DNA from: Lingula anatina
Taxonomy: Eukaryota > Animalia > Brachiopoda
Assembly: GCA_051362555.1 (NCBI GenBank)
Contig: CM120640.1
Location: 8,680,001-8,744,000, forward strand
Length of the DNA: 64,000 nucleotides
Direction: 5' to 3'
Below the pieces are notes generated by a model. It had not been told where the DNA came from and searched no databases. It was given only the letters and a program-made list of their open reading frames with translations. The position numbers and the translations under genes are program-made. Position 1 is the stretch's first letter; each line of letters begins with the position of its first letter. Positions 13,201 through 26,174 of this stretch are shown in pieces.

Positions 13201-14890
13201 ATATGAGATCCTTTCAATTTAGTCAAATTTAACATACAGTGACCAACAGATTATATGATTACTAGTAAAAATCAATACACCTACCAATTTTAGGGTATCA
13301 ATTCTGTATCCATCTATGTCATAGTCGATGGTCAAATTTCCAATCCAGTCAAGTAATAATCTTTTTACAATGTCATTCTCTTGGGATAAGTCAGGGAGAT
13401 GGGCCAACCGGCAGAATTCAACCTATTGAAGGGACAGAATAATCTTCCAAGTAGTGGGTACATACATAAATGAGATGTTTGGCATTGCAAGTACAAAAGA
13501 AAAAAACAATGGAATTTGTATTTTAAATCATTCTTAACATTTTTCTTTTGCAGTAATCTTTTACAATAATATGACTATACTTAACCTACCCTTTATACTA
13601 CATATTGTGCTCCTTACCTCTGTTTGGTTATTCCAGTCCATAATTTCACAATACTGGTGGTAGTACTCAGGTTTGTCAAAAGGTACAAATCCAGTGAAGT
13701 TATTCAGTTTTGTTGGTGTGCAAGGATTATTCCAGAAACAGCCATCATTGTACCCCATGTGGTTGGGAACCCTAAAATAAATAATATAATGTCAATATTC
13801 CCCATGCATCACTGACTTTTCCAAAGAGAAACATCAGTAACAAAACATATATACACCATCATCACTACATGGGCCAAGTTTCCATGGGTTAGATTTATGT
13901 ATGAAAGAATGTTACTTCTGTTGCGGACTGTTTCAAGTACTTACACATCCACCATAACCCAAATATCTTTGTCATGACAAGCCTTGATCAAATCCTTCAG
14001 GTCCTGCTTGGTGCCAAATTCTGGGTTAATTTCATAAATATTCTTTGCCCAGTAACCATGGAAACCTCCTGGTGTGTTCAGCACTATGGGTGATATCCAT
14101 ATAGCATTGGCACCTACAAGTAAAATTTAAAATTTGCATTTCTTTGCCCAAGACCTAAATTTTCATGCAGAGAAATATGGTTCCCTAACATATACAGTAT
14201 CTTGCAGTCTACAGTTTTAACAAAGTACCAGTATGTGTACCTCGTACAGAGATGCTGATCTGTTTTATCATACTTAAATATACATGTTAAAATGTTCTAG
14301 CACACCCAAAATGAATACTGTCTTTGTAACATGACTGTATAATACAATATATACCAAGGCCCTTGATGTAGTCCAGCCTCTGCTGTATTCCTTTGAATTT
14401 TCCTCCACAGTAACTACGCAACGCTGTGCAAGGAGTGCTGGGAGTGGGTCCATGAGGAGAAAAACGGTCTGTTAGGATCTGGGAATAAAACAGCAGATCG
14501 AAATAGGACTTGGTCTACACATTCACATTTCAAGTACCTTAGAAAATGTCTTCCAGTATACAGGTACCTTGGTTTGTCCGATTTGTCCAAGTGTTAAAAA
14601 ACAAATATTCTTTGTTTTCAGCTTTGATTTCACACTTTTTTGAAAATATGTAACTTTCAAATTGATGTGAAAACATGAAAAACTATCACCGATTGTGCAA
14701 TGGCAATCCCTATTAATCTTACTGCCTTCTCTTTTTTAGTGCAAAAATGTTTTAATCAAAGCAGTATCTCTATCAATCAATGTGTATAACAATTTACCTG
14801 ATAGATGATCCGCCCCTTCCATTCCTCTACAGTTTTACCACACAACACAGCTGGCAGGAGAAGTAACATCAACTTCAAGGAGAACACCAT
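10242..14890 (-). CDS. Alpha-amylase, GH13 subfamily 1 type (fungal Taka-amylase/Dictyostelium-like), with signal peptide and C-terminal hydrophobic (GPI-like) tail, ~507 aa
   Basis: 12 phase-consistent GT-AG exons: 14798-14890, 14355-14478, 13945-14113, 13618-13771, 13285-13422, 12722-12925, 12325-12453, 12046-12156, 11708-11827, 11323-11407, 11017-11151, 10242-10303. Motifs: signal MVFSLKLMLLLLPAVLC, WKGRIIYQILTDRF, YCGGKFKGI, AIWISP, FHGYW, region I DVVPNH, LPDL, region II GYRIDTLK, region III YCIGE, region IV FLDNHD, GIPIIYYGTEQ. Confidence 0.93.
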
Positions 14891-16174
14891 GTCTACCACT
14901 GTGTCAGTCAGGCAGCTGGACTTTCAACCACCTTTGATTGCAGATTTCAACACCCAACTGGGTCACAAATTCCATTGTAGCTTATTGTCAGGTACATCAG
15001 GTACTACCTTTAGATTAGATTGCTGACATAGGGCTTTAACAATGAGCAAAACAAATTGTTATCAAGTCTTGATGAGCCACGTTTTAAACATTCATTAAAT
15101 TAACTTTGTGGAAGTGTCAACATCCTTGAATATCGTTTTTCTTAGTTTTTGCTTTGTAAACTATCAAAAGATTTACTGTTTTCATATGGATGCTTCAGTT
15201 TGTGCAAGTAATAGAAGTAGGTCATGCTCAAACTTTAATTTTTCTGAGAAGCACATCCTTGTCCAAACAAACAAGTAACCATTTTTCTGAATAGATACAA
15301 TTTTATCAGAGTATTTACACACATACTAGGAAATTATCAGTGGGTGATAACCAAAAGGGGCAGGGCTCTAAAATCAGTTCCAAATTAGACATAACAGGTG
15401 CCTTGTGAAACGATGATAAACCCTTGGAGAACTGGATGCGTTTGATATTACAGGTGCCAGGGAAATCAATTTATCAATATTTTATAAGTTACAAACCCAA
15501 GGCAATATGGATCCATAAACCTTCAAGACACAACACTTATTTGCTCTATGCCATTTAGTACATCATGGCAGTCTGTAGCAATATCCCCAACACAATTTTG
15601 ATATTTCAAGTGCTGGTTCCTCAGCCTGGCCCTCTTCCAACCTCAGGACAAAATAAAGCACAAAACATTTTTCTTTGCTCAGTACTGTCACAAATTTGGT
15701 GTATTAGCTTTTGGTTGAAAGAAATAAATCACAAAATAATTGGCAAACTCCCAAATTTACCATTCAACTTTTTCATTAGAAAGTAAACAATATTATGATC
15801 TTCCAGGAAAGACACTTTATTAACCAAAATTTTTAAAGGCCCAATTTGACAAGTTTACCATAATAAATACAACTCTTTAGGCACATATGAAAAAATTCTA
15901 GCATTAACACAAAGTATCCACAATAATTGTTATTCAATCTGTAAATGAAATATATCAAAAAATATGACAAAGCAGTTTTCTCTAGAAACCCACAAGACAA
16001 ACTATTGCACAAGATTTAATAACAAGCAATGTTACATAAACAATTTCATATATCAGTTCACTTCAAACATTTCCCACCACACTGGTCTTAACAAAACTCC
16101 ACGTGTACTATCATAAAGAACCGATTTTAACCCCATCTACAGTGAGACGTTAATTTTCTCTGTATCTGACAAGT

Positions 16175-19100
16175 TTACTTTTTCTTTTTTTTAATTGCTA
16201 TCTTTGCTTGTTGAAGGAGAGAATCAAAGTCCAAGTCACCACCAACTGGAGGTTGATTGAAGGGAAGGAATTCCTCCTCAACTTCTTTGTTTCCGTCTGA
16301 AAAAGAGGCAACTTAAGTTGAAATCCATAATCTCTATCTAAAAACAGCTATTGGAATTTTTTTTAAGTGTCAAAATAAATCTGTTATGAGAGATTGTGTC
16401 ACTTGGTTCTTGACATTTGTACCATATTTTCTTTTTTGATCTTAAAATGCAAAAGAAAATTTCATGCAACCTACCAAGATCAGCATAGCTGTTTTTGCAA
16501 AATTCTCGTCTTCCTCCAAAACAAAGGTCAAAAATTGGTTCACCTCTGATGCGGTTTCCCTCTAAAAGTACATTAAAAACTGTATTTATAAAACCGTTCA
16601 AACATGCATTACAGCGTGCTCATACATAAAAAAAATTTTATAATTGGCAAGTAACAGGCCTAGCATCATCCATTCTTTATTTCACTGTGCACAATAAAAG
16701 TTCTTTTTATCCACGTCTTGCAACTTAGATTTAATAAACTTTTTATGTTATTTCTTCGATTTAAAAAATAAAATCCAACATTTCTAAAACTTATGGAGCT
16801 GACCAAATCCAAATAAAAAAGGAGCACTACCATATTTTTATAACAAATCCATTTTTTGATGGACATTAGACAAAACATTGCAGTAATGTTGTCAAAACAT
16901 ATTTGAATGAAATGAATTGCAGGTGTCACTGAAAAAAATAATATGTATATACTCACTTTCAATGGCAGCATAAGCATCACAGGTGTAGGCAAATGTCACA
17001 AAGCCATAGTTGTCGCTTGAAAAGAAAAATTACTATTAAGCTGGAGTTCAAAAACGTAACTAAACATAACTGTTCTATGATTGAATGAAGATATTAAGTC
17101 AATACTGACTACTTCAATACATTATTGGACTGAACATCCACTTGAAGAGAGAGAGAGAGAGAGAGAGAGTGTACTTGCACCTGTGCAATTGCATTCACAA
17201 GTAAAAGCCCTTGTCTTTGTTTGTAATCTAAAGCAGCAAGTGTGCACTTTTCATTTTTAAAAGTTGTGTACGCATTTCCACAGTTTGACTTTTGTTAGGT
17301 AGAAAACAAACAATTAGTAAAAAATTTCTTTCATCTCATTTAACTTCTACAAGGCAATTTAGGTTATTATAAGCTTATCTATCAAAAATAGGTGCCACTT
17401 TTGATGGTATTTTAATCTCTCACACAAAAGTAAAATACAAATGCAAAAATTATCCCTTAAGTTTGACAGTTGATTATTTCACACGTACTTGTCTTCCCTG
17501 AAGTGTATTCCCACTTGCTCTATTGGTCCAAATCTGTCAAATCGTCGCCTCAAATCCCGCCTGGTATAGTTGTCAGGAATTTTTCCAACATAAATAATTC
17601 TTCTCTCTTCCTGAAATTAAATTATAGATTATAGTATGTTGCAACCATCTGCTTTTAATTCACTGAGAACAAGCAATAACAATCTTTTCAAAAGGATAAT
17701 TAAATTTTGTCTACTGACACAATTTTTCCAAGAACCATTTTCATGTTCATTACCAATACCCTGCAATTTATACATACTATCTGTTTTTTCTTTTCCTGGT
17801 CACGTTGTTCTTTCTTCCTTTCTCTTTCTCTAGCACACCAGTCTTCATAAGATGATGACCTAGTAAACAATGATTTGTCGGGCTCATTCAAAGTCTTCAG
17901 GTAAATCAACTCAAGGTGCAAACAAAACCAGAAACAAACTGTGGCTCATCCTTAATTATTCATACCATTATTGAATATTCCGGTCACTTGTATCAGTTTT
18001 GCTCAGTAAGCAAGTTATATTCATTGTGTCAGCAACACTCCCATAAGAGGTGTCAAATTGGGATCATCATGTACAAGTGTCCAAATAGCATCATAAATAA
18101 GCAGAGACATACTTAAAAGCAATAGTGAACAGTAAGTGTTAGTTTTTTTTATGTCAATGTGCATAATAAAAGAAATTTCTATAAGAATTTTTAAAAACCA
18201 GTGTTGAATAATACTTTAAAAAACATGCTAACAACAAAGGGTTTCAGCTTGAAAAAAAGTGGGCAAACTTCCTTTAAATGCATACCTGCTTCTTCTACTG
18301 TGCCTATGATGGTATCTTCTGGAGCGTCTTGTGCTTTCACGTGACCGTGATCTTGATCTGGAAAGTGGAGATCTTGATCTTCTGTACCTAGAAGAAGCCC
18401 TTGACCTAGATCGTGACCTTGAAGTAGATGGTGACCTTGACCTGGATTTAGTTGCCCTTGACCTTGTTCTTTGGGATCTTCTTGAATGTTTTTTAGATGA
18501 CCTGGATCTAGACTTGTCAGAGCTTGCACTTCTAGACCTAACGAAAAAAACAATTGATAATTTGAACACGTTTGTACCCATCTAAATGCATAAATCAAAC
18601 AGAAAATAACTCTGCATCAGTAAGGGTTGCCAAAAGGCGATTCATCAACACTTGAGTGAATATGAAGACCATCGTGATAAAGCATCATATGCAGACATGC
18701 CAATTACAAAACATTACAAAAATACCTGCTTCAAATAAATATACCTTGATCTTGAGCTGGAGCAAGAATCTGACGAGTATGATCTTCTTCTAGGTGAGCG
18801 TGACTTTCTATGTCTTGAACTGCGAATTGGCGAGCGACGATTCTTAGATGGCGAATTTGTCCTTGACCTTGAACGTGACTGAGGCCTAGATAATGAGGGT
18901 GTTCCTGATCGGGAATCTATGATAAGTGGAGTCTGACTTCTACTTGATTGAGCTGAAATGTTTTTATCTCGTAATCTGTCCCACGGATATTTTTGCTCAG
19001 TCTCATTCATCTTCTCCCCTTTTGAAGCATCAGTATCATGAATTTCTCCATCTTCTTCAGAGTCGTTGCCTTTTGCAGTGGTCTCCTCAGACAAGGATAC

Positions 19101-22100
19101 CATTTCTGATCCATCATACTTAGTGCTGTTTGTAAAGCAGCTATAATAGGCTGGCAACTTGTCAAATAACGTCTCCCTAGTTGGAGAGGCTTCACGCTCC
19201 TTCCCCTCTTCATCAAGGTTGATTTCAACTTTACCACACTTGTCTTTGCGAACAAGTTTGGGTTTTGTGAGAACAGTGAAGTATTGTGGCAACTTATCAA
19301 ACACTGGTTCATCATCCTTTTTGTCATTTTTCCTGTAGTTTCTTTTCTGTCTGGTAAACTTGTTATTCTCCATATCTCTGAATGATGCTTTTTCAGTTTC
19401 AGGTGTATTACAAGTGTAATCCCTTTCATTTGAAAATTTAGAATATCTTTCATATCCAAATTCGTTATCATCTTCCTGAAAGGCAGATGTGCTTTGATTG
19501 GTCATATTTTTGTGAACAACCTGGTTAAGGTCAGTCTCTTCAGGATGAATGCTTTTATCAACAACCTGAGTTGGAAAATTTTGGCAATAATCATGATCTG
19601 GGATGGAATCAAAATATGTTGAACTAAGTTCTGGTTTCTGACCAATAACAACAGCAATGTTTTCATCTTTTGAAGAAGATGGCATATTTTCATCAAGAGA
19701 TTGTTCTTGACTACAAGGTGGAGTTAAAGAACGCACTTCATCTACAGCGTTTTCTTCGCTGTCTTTCTCAGTCTCATTTAGCTGCTGTTGCATTATTCTC
19801 TGTAATTTCTTGGAAGTGTTGCCCCAGGAGAGTTCAACTGCTTTACCACGCTCTCGTTTGGCTGGCACTAACATTGGAATCATGATGGCCGATTTCCGCT
19901 TTGTGCTTATTCTTACATTCTTGCCATCGACTGGGGGAGTGGGTGGTGGTGTTGGCACTGTAATATCAAACACATTGTGACATGCATATATTCATATTAA
20001 CATTCCGCATCATGCAATATCTTATACAGGTACTGAGGCCAAGTTCTCTCTAAAGAGGTTAACCTGGCAGAAGTATTAGTCAATTGTTAGAAGGGAATCA
20101 CAAGTTAAATATATTTCAAGGACAAAATAATTATCCGTATATAGACACATTCTGACATAAAAGCAATCAATTACCCAAACCATTGCTGGTAGACGTGTTC
20201 TGCACATTCTGCTGTAAACATGGCTGCTGTTCATCTTCACTGGGGACACCACTCAAACTTGCAGAGGCTATGAAAAGAAAGGATTCACAATATACATAAC
20301 CTACTTTTATTCTGAAAAGATGTCACTCAGAAGATCATGGATAACATAGGCATATCTTTTAGTTGGATCATAGATACCTGTTTCTTCCTAGAATATTACA
20401 GACTTTCCTTTGAATTAATATTCGTGGTGTAGATTTCAGTGACCTTAACTTAAGTTAAATCAAGTCATATTGAACCAATTATAGTGTAAAAATGAGAACA
20501 TACACACCTTCTTCAAACTGTGCCAGAAGACTGCTAACATCTGTTGCCTCAATTCCTACAAAAAATGAGGAAAGATTTTCTTTGGACATGTCTGATTTGC
20601 AAAGCAATCAATGTGTATATTCACTCTAGCACAAACTATATGGATGAAACCAGCATTTTAAGACAAGTTATCATTTTTTCATGAAACCCACAATATAAAT
20701 ATCAAGAATGTCAATGATATCCATATTTTGTGCAATTGCATGATTCTGACTTGCATCATAATATTTGCTGTTTTATACTTTTGCACCCTATAAAGTGGAA
20801 AAAATCAACAGTAACTGAAAAGCCCTAGAGTTAAGGAGACCGTTCACATGAAATCCCGCGGCATAATTATTGGCAGCGCAGGGAGTAACTGGCTCGTGCT
20901 GCCAGTAATTACGCTGTGGGGTATTCAGGGCACAGACCGTGATCACAAGATACCGCGAATAGAAAATAGATTTTTAGAAAATAGACTTTCCATGTGAACG
21001 GTCCTAAGGACTACTATGTAAAATGTGCTTGTTGCTGAAATGATTCTGAAAGGCATTTTTTTTTAGAATTACCAAAATCTCTATATTAATAATTCAATCA
21101 AAAATTCTTGATGGGAAAGCCCTTGGACCACAAGAAAAATTTTTATTTACAATAACATTTAGCCATTTTGACTTTGCCCTGGCCCTGTCTTAAATATTGC
21201 AAACATGACAGAATGTAAATATGACGTATTTTACATACCTAAAATTGAATTTTTAGTATAAGTCACTCATTCTCAGCAAAATACCTATACAAGTTTTAGT
21301 ATTATGTACCTGCAAATGAACCCAAACTGTCTTCACCCAGAGTATCAACAAAAGAAGTTAAAGAACTGTCCACTGAATGAGCAAAATCAGGTCTTGTTAA
21401 TGTCTCATTTTCTACTGGATCTTCATCAAAACTGCTGCCAACCACATCCACATCTTCATCTTCTGACATGGACTGATCATGGAACTGTTGGAATGTGTGT
21501 AATATTTCATGGCCAGTAATAGCAGGCATCTGCTCTACTATCACCTTACTGAATGTATCTCCATACTCCTGTTTGTTGTATTCAATGGCAGTGGAGCTTT
21601 CTTCTGTGACCATTTTAGAGAATTGCCCTTTCTTGGAGTCAGTGTGACTTCTTGCTTCTGCAGCCTCACAGACTAAATCATCTGTCATGATCTCCACTGA
21701 AAAAAAATTAATGTAAAAAACAACATAAAATTTATAACAAGCAGTTTGATTCTATTGGTAATCTTTTCAATTAACTTCACTCTTTCCAGTAACACTTCTA
21801 TACCAGATGTTCAAACATCTACAATTTACTATTGTAACATGTTGTTCGTGTCGAAATATTCATCATTATCTCAGAATGCACTCTAGTTAATATTAAACAC
21901 ACAGGTGTGTAGCTCCTGCTGTCTTGGGCTTCACCTGCTGTTTACAGTTTCCTATACCTTAATGATGACCCAAGATATATCAATTTCTAAACAACTTAAA
22001 ACATTTCACCTCTTTAACATAACAAAGTAAGGGCATTTTATAAAAGATGTGGGAGGGCTATTTAAGTCACCTTTATCAAATACTCTGCATGTATACATAT

Positions 22101-23430
22101 AGTCATTGCATATGCAACTCCCTTATCTAAAATCTACACACACAAACAAGTTTTTGATCTACCTACAATACTTTGGTTAAAAGATTACTAAAAATGAATA
22201 AAAGAGAAAAACATTTTGTTATATCTTACAGAAATGTACCAATCCTTCAAAATCCAGATTTTTTTTCAAAAATCAAATGAAAGATTCTGATATGTAACCC
22301 TACATGTACATTTAATCCAACTACTGGTAGCCAGTAAATTTCCACTGAACTCTGCCCCATATCATCCTGCATCATCACATGCATCACACACAGCCTCACA
22401 TATCTTGCTTCACGCCTGGTTGACACCAAATAAAGTTCACAGTGCCTGAAACATCTCCATCTTTTACATGTATCTATTTACGAGTTTGTTTGAGCTTCAT
22501 TTAAAGAAATTGTTATTAAATTGACAGCCTTATATTTTGAAAAATCGAAGATGTCCTTAAAACATCAATACTTATCAATGATAAGACATATGTGTCCATG
22601 ATATCAAGCTTGAAAATTCAAGCTTAAACACTCCTATTTACCTTTTCTGATATGTACTATATGTTCTAATTTCATAAAAGATAAAGGCAAAACTGGTTGG
22701 CTTTTCAGCAGTGTGCAGCTTGACAAGTCGAGAGGTAAGGAAATAAAACAGAGTGCTCCTGATACACTGCTGATTTGTCTGCTGAGCATAATTTACCGTT
22801 TTGGGCACCTCTCTCTTTCATGTGTTACATACAGCACATATAATACACAAATATAAAAAGTTGTGTTAACATGTGAACTTTCATGCTGCATGATATCAAA
22901 ATGCAAAACTAACTAATATGACTGCATATGACAAACAATAACTTCGGGAGCATTAAAAAAGTGGAAAGGGGTACTACTACCTAACTGCAAAAAGTAATAA
23001 ATGATCTTTCATGTAATTCGACTTTTTGTTACATTCTTTGACTAGCAATAAAAGATAAATACTATTCTTAATTTAAGTTACCAAACTCTCAACAGCAGTT
23101 TGCACCTAACTTCTTAATGCAGTTCGTCCAAAAAATCATACAAACTTATGTTACAATAGTGTACAAAGGCACGTGGCTCTTGCACATGGCAGAAACACAC
23201 GTGGCTGATTCCAAACTAGCTGATTGTTAACGGCCTATATAAAACCCATTACTTCTATTAATAGTATTAAAAGTGAATCGAACTGAAGCATTGAATACTT
23301 GAATCTGAAAAAATCAACACGTCTTACCATGCCAGTTAGCGCCAGACAAAGGTATGCTGGACGTTTGATGTGCAATACTGCTCTCTACTCCCTTGCTGAC
23401 TCGACTTCCGTGACGAAGAATCTCTGACAT
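16175..23430 (-). CDS. PPRC1: PGC-1 family transcriptional coactivator (PPARGC1/PPRC1/Spargel homolog), ~855 aa
   Basis: Exons 23328-23430 (first exon least certain), 21310-21696, 20508-20555, 20175-20267, 18745-19957, 18286-18537, 17778-17859, 17489-17610, 16957-17015, 16475-16561, 16175-16296, all phase-consistent. Family motifs: DVSSLLAQFEE, PTPPPTPP, HCF-binding DHDYCQ, RS domain, RRM (EERRIIYVGKI...DNYGFVTF...DAYAAIE...FDLCFGGRREFCKNSYADLD) and terminal DFDSLLQQA. Likely co-orthologous to all vertebrate PGC-1 paralogs. Confidence 0.92.
17147..17169. repeat. (GA)n microsatellite
   Basis: Read directly; lies in a PGC-1 intron. Confidence 0.9.
20835..21004. mobile_element. MITE (PIF/Harbinger-like) in a PGC-1 intron
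   Basis: TIRs GACCGTTCACATG...CATGTGAACGGTC, TAA on both flanks, and an internal 25-bp inverted repeat (20855-20879 / 20896-20920). Confidence 0.7.
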
Positions 23431-23737
23431 CACTGTTCTCGTATATTCACGCATAAAATCCGTGAGTTGCTAGGATGCTTTGGGGTTGAAATTAATCCGC
23501 ATAATAGGTAAGTATACAATAAGACACAGATCCTATTACGTTGGTACTTTAGGAGTATAGTCTCCATAAGAGTTAAACTGAGAATTTCCTAGAATATGTG
23601 GAAATTTATTGGAAATGGCTATTTTGATTCATGGGACTTATTTGTATCGGACTAGCTTCCTGTTTACCATGTTTACAGTGTTCTGATACATCCCATGCAG
23701 CAAATTGAAAGCAGATATCAAGTCGGCGATTGTATCG
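23431..23737. promoter_or_regulatory. Bidirectional promoter region between the PGC-1 gene and the C6orf163 homolog
   Basis: Divergent start codons ~300 nt apart; locally CpG-richer; ETS-like ACTTCCG and TGACG motifs nearby at ~23404-23415; probable non-coding exon donor AG|GTAAGT at ~23507 on +. Confidence 0.55.
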
Positions 23738-25631
23738 ATGGCTCTGTTAAAACCTGATGACAACGCCGAGAAGACATTCCAGATGACAGAAGTCCCAGCA
23801 ACAGCACCTTTATTACCGTCCTTATCTCCAAGGTATAATTCCGTGCCACGGAGATACGAGGAGACCAAACCCTTCGTCGTGCAGGATTTCACACACAGGA
23901 AGATTTTGGGTAGATCTAATTATTTTAGGTTGCTTAAAAGTTTAGATCGAAGAGAGTTATTAAATGTCATTTTATGAAGATGGAAGCATGAAAACAGCAT
24001 TTAACCGACAAGAAGATATTGAGTAAAATTTTAGGTTACTCGAAAGTGTAGATTGAAAGAAACATGGGGAAATAATTTTAATCGATTTTTAAAGATAACT
24101 GGATGAGACGGGGTGAACATCAAACGGTTTGGTACATATTGCTGCGGACAAAAATGGTTGGTCTAAGATTGCTTCATCAACTCTTCTTAATTGAACATTT
24201 TCTTGGGTAGCAGTAGGTTTTAGGGTAGGGTTTACCCTGGACAACGTGAGAGTTGTATGAATATTTTAAATCCAAAATATTCCTCATTATTTACTTTTCT
24301 GCTTTCAGATATTGGTAATCTACTTCACAAAAAGACTCTGAATATAGCAGAACAAGATAAACTAATAGCAGTGCGAGAAGCAGAACAAGCTGTATGGAAT
24401 CAAGCAGAACTTAGAAAAGAAGATGCATTACGACAAGCCAAAATTCAAGCAGATGCAGACCTTGCAAAGGCCATAAAAAGGATAAAGAAGCAGCATGAAA
24501 AGGCTCTCAAGGTAGGGTTTTAAATGGTTGTTTGCTGGATATTGATTTTTAGAAGCCAGGTCAGTTGTACATAATGAAAATATGGACATTTGAATAAAAG
24601 GTTATATAACATTCAATAATAAAATGTTGCCAACTAAAAAGACTAGGAACAAATCTAGGAAAATATCAAATTACACTACTAGTCATTTATACACTTTACA
24701 CTACAGCATAATAATTCCATAGGTGACTAGACTTTGTTAATTTAAAAAAACAGGCAATACACAGATGAAATGTATGATAAAGAATTCGCCTTTTTTATAG
24801 GAAGAAGCTTTAAAAGTTGAGGGACTTATGCAAAAGAAAGCTTTGCAAGAAAAGCAGGAAGAAAGGAAGCAGGCAGACCAAAGGCTGCAGGAAGCTGTCA
24901 GAGCCACAGAAGAGAGATGTCACCAAGAACTTCTGGATGCAGTAGCAGCTGCCAGGCTAGAAGAGCAACAATCAGCTGCACACGAAGCAGCAAAAGTAGC
25001 AAAGTAAGTGACACACTTGTATTGGCTCTGACAGGCCAAGGCCACAATCAATACATAATTTCAGGCTGTTGAGGTTGAAAGTATAATTGTTAGTAACTGT
25101 TATTTAATTTACTGTGAGTAACTGTGATTTAATTTTCTCAGTTTAACCCTAACGCAGTGTGATTAGCCCCAGTTTGTTCATCATTTTGAAAGCTTTTTCT
25201 TCAATTTTAGGCACAATGCAGAAAAACTTGCTCAAGCAATGAAAGAAGCCTCCGATCAGAAAAAAAGAGCACTTGAAAATTTGAAGCAAAAAATGTTGAA
25301 AGAAAAAGAGGATGCTGTAGCAGAGGCACGTTTTCAGGAACAAAAAATTGCTGCCACAAAACTGGCAGAAACTAAGCAGGATTATGACAATCAGATTAGG
25401 CTATTAAATTTGGAGATTGAACAAAGAAATGGTGAAATCAAAAGGCTCAATGGTGAACTCAAAGATATGGAAAAACAGAAAATGTTGACTGAAAAGCAAC
25501 TGTTTGGTCTTCGTGAAGAATTTCAGAATTTTATCAACAGTGCTTATGGTTATGAAGAAGGAGAAGCAGACTATTTAATGCCAGATGTTAAAGCAGTGAT
25601 GGATAAATTTAATTTGTCTGAAGAAAAGTAA
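23738..25631 (+). CDS. C6orf163: Uncharacterized coiled-coil protein, C6orf163 homolog, ~332 aa
   Basis: Exons 23738-23909, 24309-24511, 24801-25003, 25211-25631, phase-consistent. FTHRKILDIG, AEQAVWNQA and FQNFINSAY...GEADYLMP resemble human C6orf163 segments as recalled (YTHKDILDIG, AEAEVWAQA, FQKYINYTF...GHADFILP); long E/K/A/Q-rich coiled coil. Confidence 0.82.
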
Positions 25632-26174
25632 CAATATGTGAAGACCCATCAGTTCTTACTTGGTGGGCATTATAATGGTCTATATGAACAGTGTGGGTTT
25701 AAGAGAACCACTGCTAAATAATAATAATACGATTCTGTGGTACCATATTTATATTTATAGTCAAGTTATACACTGGATCACATTTGTGCAACAATTAATG
25801 ATTATCTTGCATTATATCATGTTCTATTCTGTAATCATAAAAGATAAAAATGCTCCTGTGTCATTTTTATTGTCTAGAAAAAAGACCATCTTTTACTGTG
25901 CCATTGAAAACACATGAAGATGCCAACAACTTCACCAGTAAAACCATTGTAATAATCATCCATAAAAATGTCTAAAAATATCTTGGACAGGACCTCTTGT
26001 CTGGGCACACTTAAGAATGGAGTTTGAATTTCACTGTTTAGGTTTCAGATTCAATTTGTCCCATAAAACATTCCCATATTTACTTTTCACTTATATGCTG
26101 CAAGACTATGAAAACCAATGTCCAAATGTCATATATATATATGCATCTTCTCTGATCCATATATTACATTGTCG

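Noticed and set aside
18191-18598. Alternative-frame and antisense ORFs (DLDLD repeats)
   Set aside because: Shadows of the PGC-1 RS-domain exon.
22247-22445. Possible extra PGC-1 coding exon
   Set aside because: An acceptor-like site exists, but I found no donor in the phase required by the next exon, and exon 1 joins exon 2 in frame without it. It could still be an alternative UTR exon.
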